64,000 nt of DNA from Octopus vulgaris. Taxonomy: Eukaryota. Shown one piece after another: positions 38,501-54,552 of the stretch (position 1 is its first letter; the number at the start of each line of letters is the position of its first letter). Location: contig OX597814.1 of the NCBI GenBank assembly GCA_951406725.2, positions 177,010,001 to 177,074,000 on the forward strand, read 5' to 3'. Made by a program: the position numbers and the translations under genes. The notes below the pieces were generated by a model, which worked only from the letters and a program-made list of their open reading frames with translations, had not been told where the DNA came from and ran no database searches.

Positions 38501-40454
38501 TACGACAACGTCGGTGTTAGTCTCCAAGCGATCGCATAGCCTGCTCGAAATATCAACCAAACGTTTTTCAAATCACAGTAAGTGTTCGGTGCTAGAACGC
38601 TTTTGCTTGTGGATTTGCCTAGGGCTAAAAGACGATGATTATTGATTATTATGTCATTTCAAATGTAAGTAACTTTGCAAGTCCGACAAACAGTATGTTT
38701 TAACATGGCTTTCACACATTTGTCCATAAAACGAATAAGAACCAGTTGAATACCAAAATAATATCTTAAGTTATTTAGTTTTATGTCTTTATAATTTGAG
38801 TTCAAGTCCCGCCAAGTTCAACTTTAACTTACATTTCAATAGAAGTCAATAAACCAAATACTAGTAATAACATTCATTTAAAATCATGTTTACCACGTTC
38901 GAGTACATTCGAACGTGAGAAGACCTTCCGCATCGGAAATAGACCTGGGGAGAATGCGTTTCTGCCTTGTTTTGTTTCGTCATCTACGAACATTATATAT
39001 CAACGGGAACGAATTTAATCTAATTAAAAGAGCTTACAGTACATTTGCTGATGTGCATAAAGCTTGGGCAAGCAGCATTGAATAACATGTATTTGTGTAA
39101 AGTAATATTTAATACGCTCGAGTGCATTCGGATGGGAGAAGACCTTTCGCTGCAGAAATAGTCTCGGTAAAAATTCTTCTCTTAGACATGTAAAAAAACA
39201 CTTGTAGAGTAGTGAATATTTAATTTACTATCATTTACCAAATTACTTGTGCCTTTGTGCTTATGTTAGAAATCCTCATTATTAATATTTCCAGAACTAT
39301 TCAGCACACCCAACAGAGTTTCAGATTTAATACTTGTAATGTTCTGAGTTCTAAATTCCCCCTGGAACGGCATTATCTTTCAGTTTTCCGGTTCTGGTGT
39401 CGAGTACCAGTCAGCTATTGGAATCGTTCCGTTAGATGCATTACGTCTTGCTTTCTGAACACGTGGATTTTCAAAATAAAATTAAGTAGAAAAGTATTAT
39501 AATTAATGTTGAAATTCTACATAGAAAGCCAATTAATGAACTGTTTGAGATCATTTTTCCTCGTTTGGAGGAAAATCTCAAATTTATGAATAAAATAGAT
39601 TTTTCTTCATTGCTACGCAAAATGGCTTCTTCAGTCAGAAACACCTATACTCTCTTCCTCCTCTCCACGCTGTCTAAAACGATACTGAACGAACAAGTTT
39701 TTATGACTATTAAGCAAAAATATTTTACAAAATCTGCCACAAGAATATTTTCAGGAAAAACAAATCAAAAGTAGTGATATCTTTTTTACACAGTAACATG
39801 AGTGAGTGCATTCCATTTCTGACGATACTTTTACCAACAACACTCATTTATCCAGCATTCTACTAAGTGAGAATGCTAGCTGCAATGGAAGGAGTTCCTC
39901 TGACGCCAGTGGACACATGCTGTTTTAGGGTTTAAATGGGTTCCAGTTGGAGAAGGAAGCATAATAAAAAATCGTGTCTGTTTGCCAAGGAATTTATCCA
40001 AGAACAGGCAAGCAGGAAAGTGACCTGTATTTGTATCACGTAAAGAAAGCAGGGGACTTTTACTATGCCCTAAAAAAACGAATGATAGAGGATGATGTGT
40101 AGATGATGTGAGGGGAAGTGTATTAACTGTCAACCAAGGCAAAGCGTAAAGAATATCTTCTTGATTACCTAGACAGGTATAGGCTAGGTAAGACAGGCGA
40201 TAAATAGAGATAGTGCGACACACATATTCCCATCGGTTTAGTATGTCTCAATACATGGGCTAGCGAAATTCAAAGGTTGCACTGTCAGGAGCATTGGAAG
40301 TAATATTGACTGCTGGCTCATTGTCAAATTTTTAGCGCAAATAGGCCGGTGGTTAGTGCAAATGCGCAGAAAAATTACGTGGAGTTGCAAGTGTAAATAA
40401 CCCCTGAAAATACAGGGCTATTCCAGAGCTATGCACCATCATAGGTGTGGAAAC

Positions 40455-40717
40455 ACCTACGGTGGAGTATATTATTACAATCTGCTCCTTCCCCCGTTTC
40501 AAAGTGAGCAACGCACACTTCCAGATACCGAATTCTATCCCTATATCCTTGCTGCACATTTGCACAGTCTCAACCACCCTCTCCATCTCAGGTTCTGCTT
40601 TTGCGGACAGTTTTAAACCATCCATGAAGAGAAGGTGGTTGAGACGAGGTCCGTTCTTTCTCAGCTCATAGTGCGCGTTGACTTTGCGCAGGACTACAGG
40701 AAATGGGATCAAGCACT
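40455..40717 (-). mobile_element. R4/Dong-like non-LTR retrotransposon RT fragment
   Basis: LNHLLFMDGLKLSAK...SKDIGIEFGIWKC corresponds to the HLLFMDDLKLYA..DIGMEFGLDKC pattern. Confidence 0.8.
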
Positions 40718-41957
<1,240 letters not shown>

Positions 41958-42292
41958 GAGTGAGAGAGCAGTGCATGCCATCAAACTGACACTGGGGTCA
42001 TATATACCAAGCCCAGTATACCTGTCATGACTACCCGTCTGATAACGGTACAGTAGGTACATGCATCACAACCATATGTGCGCGACATGGTGATCTCATA
42101 TCAAGATAAACAGCACATGATCTTGCAGGTGGGGCCCAGTTAGAATTTTCTTCTGGTTGAGTAACCCATCCCGCACAAAAGGTCCCTGAATAAGGGTTGT
42201 TTAAGGATGTTGAACGAAACACCCATCTTTCCAGAGGTGAATTATTCAAACCCCAAAGAATCCCTCTCAACACACGGCTATAATGCTCCCCC

Positions 42293-42325
<33 letters not shown>

Positions 42326-42800
42326 GAGTGAGAGAGCAATACATGCCATCAAAGTGACACTGGGGTAAAATATACGAAGCCCAGTATATCCATCATGACT
42401 ACCTGTCTGATTAGGGTACACTAGGCATATGCATCACAACCATGTGTGCGCGACATGGTGATCTTACATGAAGATAAACAGCACATGACCTTGCAGGGGG
42501 GGGGGGGCAGTTAGAATTTTCTTCTGGTCGAGTAACCCATCCCGCTCAAAAGGTCCCTGAATATGGGTTGTTTAAGGATGTTGAACGAAACACCCATGTT
42601 TCCAGAGGTAAATTATTCAAACCCCAAAGAATCGCACTCAGCAAATGGCTATGATGCTGCCCCACTACTTCTGCTCGTGATCAGCGATGCACATATCGTC
42701 AGCCACTAAGAAACATGCTCAACTGATTAAGGTCAAACAACAGACAAGCAATTATGTGGTATTGAGCAGAATATTTGCTGTAGCCCATCTTTTATACCAA
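41958..42800 (-). mobile_element. Two copies of a (TAA)n-inserted non-coding repeat (also at about 45722-46245)
   Basis: Each copy begins GAGTGAGAGAGCAG/ATRCATGCCATCAAA on + immediately after (TTA)n and is followed by (TTA)n. Confidence 0.8.
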
Positions 42801-42823
42801 GGCAATTATTATTATTATTATTC

Positions 42824-42860
<37 letters not shown>

Positions 42861-43238
42861 TTGCTGCACAATAATGTTGTTTATAACATTATTTGTCACC
42901 ATATGATATTGTATCAACTACAGACAGCTGTATTTGTTTTAAATTGTTGGTGCTCGTCTATTTTAGTTCAGAGAATAATTGAATTTCATGTTTGAAGATA
43001 TTTTCGCTCACGTAAATCTTGTAGATGCTTTGAGCTGTGTCATTGGTGGAAAATAGATTTCTCAGAAAAATAAATACCTGTTACAGTAACAAATATCATT
43101 CTTGCTCTCGGGGTAAAAGACAGCCTCGTGACAAATACATCTCTCTCTCGCTTTCTTTTCTCTCTCCCTCTCTCCCTCTTACGGATCTAAATGTAAAAAG
43201 AATGATCTCAGGGAAGACAACTCCGTGAAAATGCAACA

Positions 43239-43281
<43 letters not shown>

Positions 43282-43544
43282 GCCATCTCTCTCTGAGGAA
43301 ACATCACTCTTGGAGCAAAAATAAAGCTTAAAAAGAAAATTTATAGATCTGCCAAGAGCGATTTGGATGTTCACTTTCAACAAGATAAAATAAACTGTAA
43401 ATCAAAACACACTCAAATATTACTAACATTCGTTAACATTCACGGTAAAAATAATTACAAACTTTATAAATACGCATTCGAGTGGCTAAACGGTAGAGCG
43501 ATGGGCGGTGTCTTTTTTTTTGTGTATAGGTGCGTCCCTTTAGA

Positions 43545-43958
43545 GGGCAGCGAGCAGGCAGAAAGGTTAGCACGCCGGACGAAATGCTTAGCGGTATTTC
43601 ATCTGCCGTTACGTTCTGAGTTCAAATTCCGCCGAGGTCGGCTTTGCCTTTCGTCCTTTCTGGGTCGATTAATTAAGTACCAGTTACGCACTAGGGTCGA
43701 TATAATCGACTTAATCCGTTTGTCTGTCCTTGTTTGTCCTCCCTGTGTTTAGCCCCTTGTGGGTAGTAAAGAAATAAGTATTTCATCTGCCGTTACGTTC
43801 TGAGTTCAAATTCCGCCGAGGCCGACTTTGCTTTCATCCTTTCGGGGTCGATAAATTAAGTACCAGTTGCGCACTGGGGTCGATATAATCGACTTAATCC
43901 GTTTGTCTGTCCTTGTTTATACTCTCTGTGTTTAGCCCCTTGTAGGTAGTAAAGAAAT
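43545..43958 (+). mobile_element. Dimeric SINE family 2 insertion
   Basis: Two bodies joined at the GTATTTC junction, flanked by one duplication ATAGGTGCGTCYCTTTA; a similar dimer lies at about 44478-44870. Confidence 0.85.
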
Positions 43959-44999
43959 AGGTGCGTCTCTTTACATTCTGAATTCAAGTTCGTTCGCGTC
44001 GACTTTGCCTTTCATCCACCCTCTGTCGCTAAAATAAAGAACTAGAGAAATACAAAGCGACTTGCTCCGTCTGGCGACTTACTCCATCTGGCATCGTGCT
44101 TACGTCAGAACGGATTTATGTACGGCATTAACTATATTAATAACAATCTATGGCAACGTCTGCAAAAAATTCCTAGATATCATTTCTTCAACAGCCGTTC
44201 ACCGACGAAAAAACAAAAAAAAATAAAATAGGCAGTGAATTAGGAACCTAATTTGTCTATCGTTCTATGTTAAACAGGCTTAGCGCATAACATTTTATCT
44301 TAAAAATCCTTTCAGAATTTTATCAACGTATTTCACCGAGCTTGACTTTGCTTTTTATCCTTTCGTGTCGATAAAATAAGTACCAGTTGAAGATTGGGAT
44401 CGATATAACCGACTTACCCCCTCTCCCGAAATTACTGGCCTTGTGCCATAATTTTAAACCAATATTTTATCATATTAAGGCGACAAGCTGGCAGAATCTT
44501 TAGCACGCCGGGCGAAATGCGTAGCCGTATTTCGTCTGCTGCTACGTTCTGAGTTCAAATTCCGCCGAGGTCAATTTTGCCTTTCATCCTTTCGGGGTCG
44601 ATTAAATAAGTATCAATTACGCACTGGGGTCGATATAATCGACTTAATCCGTTTGTCTGTCCTTGTTTGTCCTCTCTGTGTTTAGCCCCTTGTGGGTAGT
44701 AAAGAAATAGGTATTTCGTCTGCCGCTACGTTCTGAGTTCAAATTCCACCGAGATCGACTTTGACTTTCATCCTTTCAAGGTCGATGAACTAAGTACCAG
44801 TTAAACACTGGAGTCAATGAAACCGACTGTCCCCATCCCTAGAACTTACAGGTCTTATGTCAAAATTTGAAACCAATATTTTATCAACGTTTTCACATTT
44901 ACAAAATATAATTTTGGGAATAATAAATATTTACATTTTCTTATTTTTTGAAATCTTTATCAAAACTACTTTATTAATAAATTGGCATCAGTGAATACG

Positions 45000-45545
45000 T
45001 TAATCGGTCAAATTCTAGTTGGTGAATTTTAGTTAATCAGTGGATTGTTTGTGATAAATTGCTAACCAGTGGTTTGTAGGTGATATATTGTCGGTCGGTG
45101 AATTATCAGTCGGTATGTAATTGGTCGGTGTAGTGTTAGTTGATGAATGCTTGGTATACCAGTGATTAATGAATCGTTGCTTGCTATACTAGTGACCGGT
45201 GAATCGTTTAACGGTGCGCTGACGGTCGGTGAATTATTAGTCGGTGTTGTGTCAGTCGGTGAATTATTTGTCAGTATGTTAATGATCGGTGAATTGTGAG
45301 TCGGTGTGTTGACGGTCCGTGAATTGTTGATCGATCTGGTGTTAATCGGTATGTCATCGGTCTTTATGTTGGTGAAAGATGAGTTGTTAGTCAGTGCTGG
45401 CCAGTATACTGCCGATCGCTGAACTCTTGGTCACTTTATTGTTAGACGTTGTCAGTTAATCGTTGGTCGGTATATTTTCATTCGGTAAAGAGTTGTGGGA
45501 ATCATTCGGAGGTGAACTGTTGATCGGTAAACTACTGCCGGTGAA
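45000..45545. repeat. Degenerate minisatellite of about 15 bp (GTCGGTGAATTGTTA-like)
   Basis: Recurrent GTCGGTG/ATCGGT motifs at roughly 15-bp spacing. Confidence 0.65.
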
Positions 45546-45546
45546 C

Positions 45547-46365
45547 ATTATTTACATTATTTACATTCGACGTATATCTGTCCTCATCTTGTTTGTTGTT
45601 AACACAACGTTTCGGCTGATATACCTTCCAGCCTTCTTCAGGTGTCTTGGGGAAATTTCGAACCTGGGTTCTCATTCCTAAGGTATTTTTTCGATGTTAT
45701 TATTATTATTATTATTATTGTAGTGAGAGAGCAGTGTGCATGACACTGGGGTATTAAACTGCATCGCATCAAACTGGGGTAAATATAGTTATTATTATTA
45801 TTATTATTATTGAGTGAGAGAGCAGTGCATCCATCAAACTGACACTGGGTAAAATATACCAAGCCCAGTATACCCATCATGACTACCCGTCTGTTAAGGG
45901 TACACCAGGTATATGCATCACAACCATATGTGCGTGACATGGTGATCTCATATCAAGATAAGCAGCACATGACCTTGCAGGTGGGGCCCAGTTAGAACTT
46001 TCTTCTGGTCGAGTAACCCATCCCACTCAAAAGGTCCCTGAATAAGGGTTGTTTAAGGATGTTGAACAAAACATCAATGTTTCCAGAGGTGAACTATTCA
46101 AACCCCAAAGAATCTGTAGTATTGAGTAGAATATTTGCTGCAGCCCATGTTTTATACCAAGACAAAACAATGTACATGATAACCCTTCCAATCAGTTAAG
46201 ATCAGAAGCCATGAGAGCCACTGCCTGGTACTGCATCAGGGCATTTTATTAATATTATTATTATTATTATTATTATTATCATTATTGCTCAGATCACTGC
46301 TTGGAATCGAACTCAGAATCTTGGGGTTAGTAGCCTGAGCTCTTAACCACTACGCCATATGTCTG
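45547..46365 (-). mobile_element. Second copy of the hammerhead-bearing tRNA SINE, split at its (AAT)n linker by the TAA-targeting repeat
   Basis: tRNA head at about 46290-46360; hammerhead and tail at 45547-45700, homologous to 27109-27374. Confidence 0.85.
45601..45646 (-). ncRNA. Complete minimal hammerhead motif inside the SINE
   Basis: Minus strand: GACAC-CTGAAGA-A-GGCTG-gaaggtatat-CAGCC-GAAAC-GTT-GTGTT. Confidence 0.8.
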
Positions 46366-48550
46366 TAGGCTCTCTTAAATATAGAACTGTATTACTACCG
46401 GAGAATTTTCTTCTAGCTCAGTGGCTATGTGTAAAATCCCAGAAATAATTGGTGTGATTTTGTTTTTCCTTTTTCGCTCGTAGTCTACTATAATCAATAT
46501 TTTAAAAAATTGTTTTTACAGCTTAGAGGAAGGAAGGAAAAGTCCATTAGCTTTTTCAAGGGTGCGGAGTTTGATGGGAGGAGGGAAGTTATTTTCAGAT
46601 TGAAGATGTAATCCAAATGCTTACATTACGGCACCGAAAGGCCAGGTAGTGGCGTTAAACCGGGCGACTGGTTATCTCTACCAGTCAAGAACAGGAAAGG
46701 TTACGCCTACAGGCTTATACATAGTTTCTGTCTGATAAAAATCCTTGCGTCTGATAAAATTGTTGTGGCCCTTTACGCTCTGAGTTAAAGTCCCGTTGAG
46801 ATCGACTTTGTTAGTTATCTTTCCGGGTTCAATAAATAAGGCGCAGGAGTGGCTGTGTGGTAAGTAGCTTGCTAACCAACCACATGGTTCCGGGTTCAGT
46901 CCCACTGCGTGGCATCTTGGGCAAGTGTCTTCTGCTATAGCCCCGGGCCGACCAATGCCTTGTGAGTGGATTTGGTAGATGGAAACTGAAAGAAGCCTGT
47001 CGTATATATGTATGTATGTGTGTGTGTGTTTGTGTGTCTGTGTTTGTCCCCCTAGCATTGCTTGACAACCGATGCTGGTGTGTTTACGTCCCCGTAACTT
47101 AGCGGTTCGGCAAAAGAGACCGATAGAATAAGTACTGGGCTTACAAAAAGAATAAGTCCCGGGGTCGAGTTGCTCGATTAAAGGCGGTGCTCCAGCATGG
47201 CCGCAGTCAAATGACTGAAACAAGTAAAAGAGTAAAGAGAGTAAGTGTCAGATAATTACCAAAGTCAATGTAATCTACAATTTTCTCAACCACAAAAATA
47301 TCTGGCTTTTTGCCTGTGTAAGAAACCCACTTTCTTCTCCATTCAGAAAAAATAATCCACTTCTTCCTAGTCGAGAAATAATGCTTTCATGATACGATGC
47401 CGATTGTTTGGACCTTCTTCGCTTCTCTGTACCTTACCTATAAGAGATGCATTCGATTAGTCTCAACTCATTTACGTGCAAGAATAGTCCTCCAGCTTTA
47501 ACTTTCCTGTGATAATCATTTTAAATACTACGTTTACTATCCAGTCTTGGCTCATTCTGAGCGTGACTCAACTATTCGAGCAGCAGGCGATTTAATCAAA
47601 GGACAGAAGTATTAGATCCTTTTTCGCGGTACAGCTCCTCATTTGACTCTTTGTTGTGCCAGAAAATGTGACAAAGTTTTCTGGAAAACCCTTGTGGAAA
47701 GCATTTGTCTTATTGATATCTCATTGTGACACACGCTAGCATTCTGAGCCATGCAGTAGCAACGTTGAATAAAGTATATTCGTGTAAACTTATTCTTAAC
47801 ACGTTTGAGCACATTCGTCCGATTTTATTTACTTAACTCTAGTTCGACCAAGCTTTACGTACACCAGCAAGCGTACAATATACTGTTCTTATATAAGAAT
47901 AAATTTATTCTTATCAGGCTACGAACGACAGATTTGGTGTTCGAAGTTGATGACACAGAAGAACGTAGAAACTATGCGTCCTACAATCCAATTCACTGTG
48001 CAATATTTACATCATTCACCGTGCAATATATATTTTGACGCATATTGTCTAATAGCAGAATTTTCTCCTGGAACTATTTCCTCAGCGAAAGGTCTCCACG
48101 TGCGAATGTCCTCAAGATGCTAAATATGACTTTATAGTGAAGGGGTCACCAGTATAGTGAAATTGGTCACCAGTATAGTGACCAACTTCACTATGCGAAC
48201 TGGCAGAAACGTTAGCACGCCAGGCGAAATGCTTAGCGGTATTTCGTCTGCCGCTACGTTCTGAGTTCAAATTCCGCCGAGGTCGACTTTGCCTTTCATC
48301 CTTTCGGGGTCGATAAATTAAGTACCAGTTACGCACTTAATCCGACTTAATAACCGACTTAATCCGTTTGTCTGTCCTTGTTTGTTCCCTCTGTGTTCAG
48401 CCCCTTGAGGGTAGTAAAGAAATAAGTATAGTAACTGTCCTGGGTCACCAGTATGGTGAGTTCACTATCTTCGTAGCTATTGTGAGAAACTAAGTGAAGG
48501 AACTCAAGCATGGCCGCAGCCACATTAAATAAGTGACAATCGGATGTAGT

Positions 48551-48606
48551 AGAGGGAGCCTGTTAGAGGGAGCCTGTTAGAGGGAGCCTGTTAGAGGGAG
48601 CCTGTT
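48551..48606. repeat. Perfect 14-bp tandem repeat x4 (AGAGGGAGCCTGTT)
   Basis: Direct reading of the sequence. Confidence 0.95.
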
Positions 48607-49717
48607 TATTCGGCCAATCACAGACCGAATAGAACTGTAAACTTAGTGTCGTCTGAGTCTACTTTGAGATTAAAAATGTACGTGTTCACTAATGCTTGTA
48701 CAGACAGGCTACAATTTTACGCGAACATATTTTATTCGATGCTGTTTTGTGCAATTCTTTCCTATGTCGACGAATATTCAGTCTTGTTCGTTTATTTAGT
48801 GATTCGTTCATCCATATTTCGGTAGGTATGGTGACTGCTATACTTCACTGATTAGGTCAAAATAAGAACGAAACCTGCTTAGTGTTGTCTGCCGTGCTTT
48901 CCTGGAAAAATGAAAATAAAATGTTAGACATTAATATCGATTTACTTTACCTCACCGCATATTTATTCCTTACTAGTATATATTGAAATGTTCTCTGCAT
49001 TAATTATGCTAATACATCTACAGTTCTCTCTCTTACTTACCCGTCAATATTTGTCATGCTATAGTATCTCGTCATTGCATGTAAATTTGTAGTTAATTGA
49101 GGATTGAATATTTACAATAGTAACCTGCAAGTTTCCAAGTACTTTGTACATATTCAACGACTTAAACCATTGAGCGAAATCAATATCATAACTTAAGGTT
49201 TCCATATAAATGAAACAAGCTCGAGTTCTACGTTTACAAAACTCTTAACACGAAAGGGAATCTGAGATATAATCGAAATACATAAGAAACTACAGCAATA
49301 TTATAAAGATCTCTAGATTTATGCACAAAGAAAGAATATTTATAAAACGTAGAGTTTCCACGGATTCCGCTACGTTTTAATTATTAATACATTTGCATTA
49401 GACTTCCAGGGGCTGCTTAGCTTAATGCCATAGAACACTCAACTGATATCTGAGAGGTTTCTCTGTAATCACCTGCTGACAATTTTTTTTAAAAAAGGCT
49501 GTGAGATGACAGAATCGTTAGCACGCCGAGCAAATTGCTTAGCGATATTTCTTCCGACTTTACGGTATGAGTTCAAATCCCACCGAGGTCGACTTTGCTT
49601 TTCATCCTTTCGGGGTCGATAAAATAAGTACCAGCTGAGTACTGGGGGTGATGTAATCAGCTTACCCCTCCTCGAAATTTCTGGCCTTGTGCCAAAATTT
49701 GAAACCAATATTTTAGC

Positions 49718-49815
<98 letters not shown>

Positions 49816-49852
49816 CATATATACATACATATACATACATACATATACATAC

Positions 49853-49911
<59 letters not shown>

Positions 49912-49997
49912 TGTATGTATGTATGTATGTATGTATGTATATATATATGTATGTATATATATACATACATACATATATACATACATACATACATACA

Positions 49998-50062
<65 letters not shown>

Positions 50063-50376
50063 CATACAAAATGGGACAACAAAACATCCAAATAGACGAT
50101 GCAAAGAAAACAAGGACGGGTCATACGAAGTTGTCTTTCCTCAGTCGAGTACCAGATTATCTTCGCAATTTTGGCTGATTATACTCGAGATTGCTCCAAT
50201 CTGGCCAGCCCCAATGAAAAACTAAGCTAAGAGCATTAGATTCCTTAGAAGAAATCAGCGAATGTATACAAAAACAAGCACGGAAAAAAAGGACAATGTT
50301 ACACAAATACAATAAAAATAATAACAGGACATAACATGTGTCTTTCGACAAAGGACGAGCAAAATTAAGCTAGCGT

Positions 50377-50414
<38 letters not shown>

Positions 50415-51619
50415 GAATTATTAAAGTAGCTATTTATAATTTACAACCGAAAGGCCACAAATATAGTCGTCACTAAAGAAACTGAGGATGTTATTTAGCA
50501 TCAGTATTGCTACAAATAAGAGCCAAAACAATTCTTAGCCACGTGAGAGCACTTTTCTAACGACTGACAAGGGAGACAATATATAAAGAGCATAAGTAGG
50601 TTGAGATTCACTACAGCTGTTTCATACAAGTTATTGATGAATAAACTGATTACATTATGTAAAAAACAAAAAAAAAAACCTTTTCTTTAAGTGAACTAAA
50701 CATTTTATTTCAAAATTTTAAAATTTGGTTCTAAGAATACCGAGATGTGGAACGTATGTTGGCCCTCACATTGTGACAGCACTGTTGTTGTTGTTGTTGT
50801 TGTTGTTTTTGTGGTGGTGGTGGTGGTAGTAGTGGTGGTTCATGAAAACTCGTGCTTTTTTTCTCATGGAGGCGGAGGAGAAATAAGAAGGCGGAGGCGT
50901 TGTTTCGCGTGTTGAAACAAACATGTCATGATGTGAAGAATATACTAACTATAGCAATAAGTCTGATAGTTCATGTCATGATCCACCGTACCTTTCTTTC
51001 TTTCTTTCCTTCTTTCTTTCTTTCTTTCTTTCTTCAGCAGCAAAATCTCCTCATAAAAAACAAACACGTAACAAAGAAAAAACAACAAAAACAAAAAAAA
51101 CAAAAAAAAAACACACCACCAAACACACAAAAAAATAACAACTGCAACAACAACGACATCAAGATGGAAGTTATCGTTCAGACATTTTCTGTAACATTGA
51201 TTGGATTAATTATGAAGCGGCTCCAAAATGTCACTGATTAATAAATGTTATTGGATACATAATGGCGTGATAAGTTGATGGTGGTGGTGGTGGTGGAAGT
51301 GTTAGTGGTGGTGGTGGTGGTGTTAGTAGTGGTGGTAGTAGTATTAGTGGTGGTGGTAGTGTTGTTGTGAGAGTAGTATTCTAGAGGTGGTGTTAGCGTT
51401 GTTGCTGGTAGTGCAATGGTGGTAGAGGTATTGGTAGAGATGTAGTGGTTGTGGTAGTAGTGTTAGTAGTGGTAGAAGTAGTGAACCATTGAGATTGAAT
51501 TTATTATCTGGCTTGGTACGTTTTCTTTATTTGTTTTTGGTTTTTCATTTCTCTTCCATAATTTTATATTTTTGTTATCAACAAATCCTTCCTTCCTTCC
51601 TTCTTCCTATCTCTCTTGC

Positions 51620-52340
51620 TCTCCTCTCTTTCTACCTCTCCTTCACTATTTTCGATTCCCTCTCCTTCTCTCATTCACTCTCCTTCACTATTTTTGATTC
51701 CTTCTCCTTCTCTCATTCACTCTTATTCGCATTCCTCATTTATTCTACTCAATCTCCTTCTTTCCTTTACCTCCACTTCTTCCTTTCTATCTCTCCTTCA
51801 CTATATTCGATTCCTTCTCCTTCTCTCATTCACTCTTATTCGCATTCCTCATTTATCCTATCCAATCTCCTTCTTTCCTCTACTTTCACTTCTTCCTGTC
51901 TATCTCTCCTTCACTATTTTCGATTCCTTCTCCTTCTCTCATTCACTCTTATTCACATTCCTTATTTATCCTACTAAATCTTCTTTCCTCCACCTTCACT
52001 TCTTCCTGTCTATCATTCCTTCACTATTTTCGGTTCCTTCTCCTTCTCTCTTTCACTCTTATTCACATTCCTCATTTTATCCTATCCAATCTCCTTCTTT
52101 CCTCTACCATCACTTCTTCCTTTCTATCTTTCCTTCACTATTTTTGATTCATTCTCCTTTCATTCATTCTTATTTATATTCCTAATTCCTCCTACCCCAT
52201 CTCCTTTTTTCTTCTACTTTCACTTCTTCCTTTCTATCTTCCCTTCACTATTTTCAATTCTCTCTCTCTCTCTCTCTTTCATTCTCTCATACTCATTATT
52301 CGCTCATTCCTCCAATCCAATCTCATTCTTTTCTCTATCT
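51620..52340. repeat. Pyrimidine-rich minisatellite, unit about 110-114 bp
   Basis: TTCACTATTTT(C)GATTCC-like marker recurs at about 51684, 51797, 51910, 52020, 52134 and 52243. Confidence 0.85.
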
Positions 52341-52389
52341 TTCTCTCATTTCTCATAAAGTTTTACAAGAGTGAAACAAACAAACAAGA

Positions 52390-52442
52390 CCACCACCACC
52401 ACCACCACCACCACCACCACCACCACCACCACCACCACCACC

Positions 52443-52474
<32 letters not shown>

Positions 52475-52623
52475 CAACAACAACGACAGCAGCAGCAGCA
52501 GCAGCAGCAATAGCAAAAATAAAAGAAAGATAAAACAGACGAAGAATAAAGAAAATCTGGCAATTTCAAAACTTGATTGCTAAGCAGAACTGATTCTTAT
52601 TCAGTATCATCATCATCATGGTT

Positions 52624-52668
<45 letters not shown>

Positions 52669-53080
52669 GTCATCATCATCGTCATCATCATCGTCATCAT
52701 CATCGTCATCATCATCGTCACCATCGTCTCGACGTCGTCATTGTCGTCGTCGTCGTTGCCATCATTCTCGTTATTGTTGTCATCGTATCGTCGTTATCGT
52801 TATCATCAGAATCGTCGATATCGTGATAGCGTTGGTAGTGGTGGTCATCATCATCATCATTATCATCATCATTGTCATCATCATCATCATCATCAACCGT
52901 ATGTCCTCATCATTGTCTTGATCATCGTTGTCGTCGTTACCATCAACAGAAAATCTCACCACCACCACCACCACCACCACCACCACTGCCGCTGTCACCG
53001 CCACCACCACCGCCACCGCCTTCGCCTCCGCCGCCTCCATCATCACCATCTCTCTCACCATCATCAATGTCATCACCGCT
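52390..53080. repeat. Compound trinucleotide repeats (CAC/CAA/CAG/CAT/CGT)
   Basis: Direct reading of the sequence. Confidence 0.9.
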
Positions 53081-53440
53081 AAATTTAGTATGCTATCAAT
53101 CACGAGTTAATATGAAAGAAACTTTACGTGGTCGTTTGATCTGCTAGACATACTAACCAAACGTCCTGCAAACCATACTCTAGCACATTAAAAAACAAGA
53201 AGAACGCTTTATTTGTTTCAGTTATTGGACGGCAGCCAATCTGAGGCACCGCCTGCAAAGGTTTAGTCGTAGAAATTGACTGCAATGCTTATTTTAAAAC
53301 TCCGCTGCTAATTCTATCGGGTTCTTTTGCCGAACTGTTAAGTTACGAGAACATAGACGGCACAACACCGGTTCTGAAGCGGTGGTGGAGACATGTTACA
53401 AAACACACACACACACACACACGTGTACACATACACACAG

Positions 53441-53471
<31 letters not shown>

Positions 53472-53737
53472 CATACACACGCATGCACAAACATGCACAC
53501 ACATTCCAATATATCTTATTGTTTCATATTGTATGTGTGTTTGTGTATATATATATATATGTTCGACTCTAGAACTTACTTTTTTAAAGCCTAGTACTTA
53601 TTCCATCGTTTTGTTTTGCCGAACCGCTAATTTAGAAGAACGTAAACACTCCAACACCGGTTGTCAAGTGGTGATAGGGGTCAAAACACACAAGACATAC
53701 ACAGATATGAATGCATAAACATATACAAACATATACA

Positions 53738-53789
<52 letters not shown>

Positions 53790-53994
53790 GGGATATTGTA
53801 GAAAACACTTGCCCAAGGTGCCGCGCAGTGGATATGAACCTAAGACCACATGGTTGGGAAGCAAGCATCTTAATCACACAAGTACTCCTATGCCTTACAA
53901 ATAAAATAACAGGGCTGGCTTGTGGCTAAACAAAATATTTCGAAAATAGCGTAATTCTCATTATTACATCCTTTACCACCATGACCGGCAACCA

Positions 53995-54504
53995 CATACC
54001 ACCAATACCACCACCACCACCACCACCACCACCACCACTCCTACTAATACTATTACCGTCGCTGCTGCCGCCAACACCACCAGCACTAGCACCACGGCCG
54101 CCTTCACCGCTATCACTACTGCTGCCGCCACCTCTGTCCTCACCGCCGCCGTCACCGCTGCCATCTTCTCCGCCATCACCGCCATCGCCACCATTGCCGC
54201 CGTCGCCGCTATCGCCGCTGCCATCGTCGCTGCCATCGCCGCCGCCATCGCCGCTGCCATCGTCGCTGCCATCGCCGCCGCCATCACCGCCGCCGCCATC
54301 GCCGCCGCCGCCATCGCCGCCGCCGCCATCGCCGCCGCCGCCATCGCCGCCGCCGCCATCGCCGCCGCCGCCATCGCCGCCGCCGCCATCGCCGCCGCCG
54401 CCATCGCCGCCGCCGCCATCGCCGCCGCCGCCATCGCCGCCGCCATCGCCACCGCCACCACCACCACCACCACCACCACCACCACCACCACCATCACCAT
54501 CACT

Positions 54505-54552
<48 letters not shown>

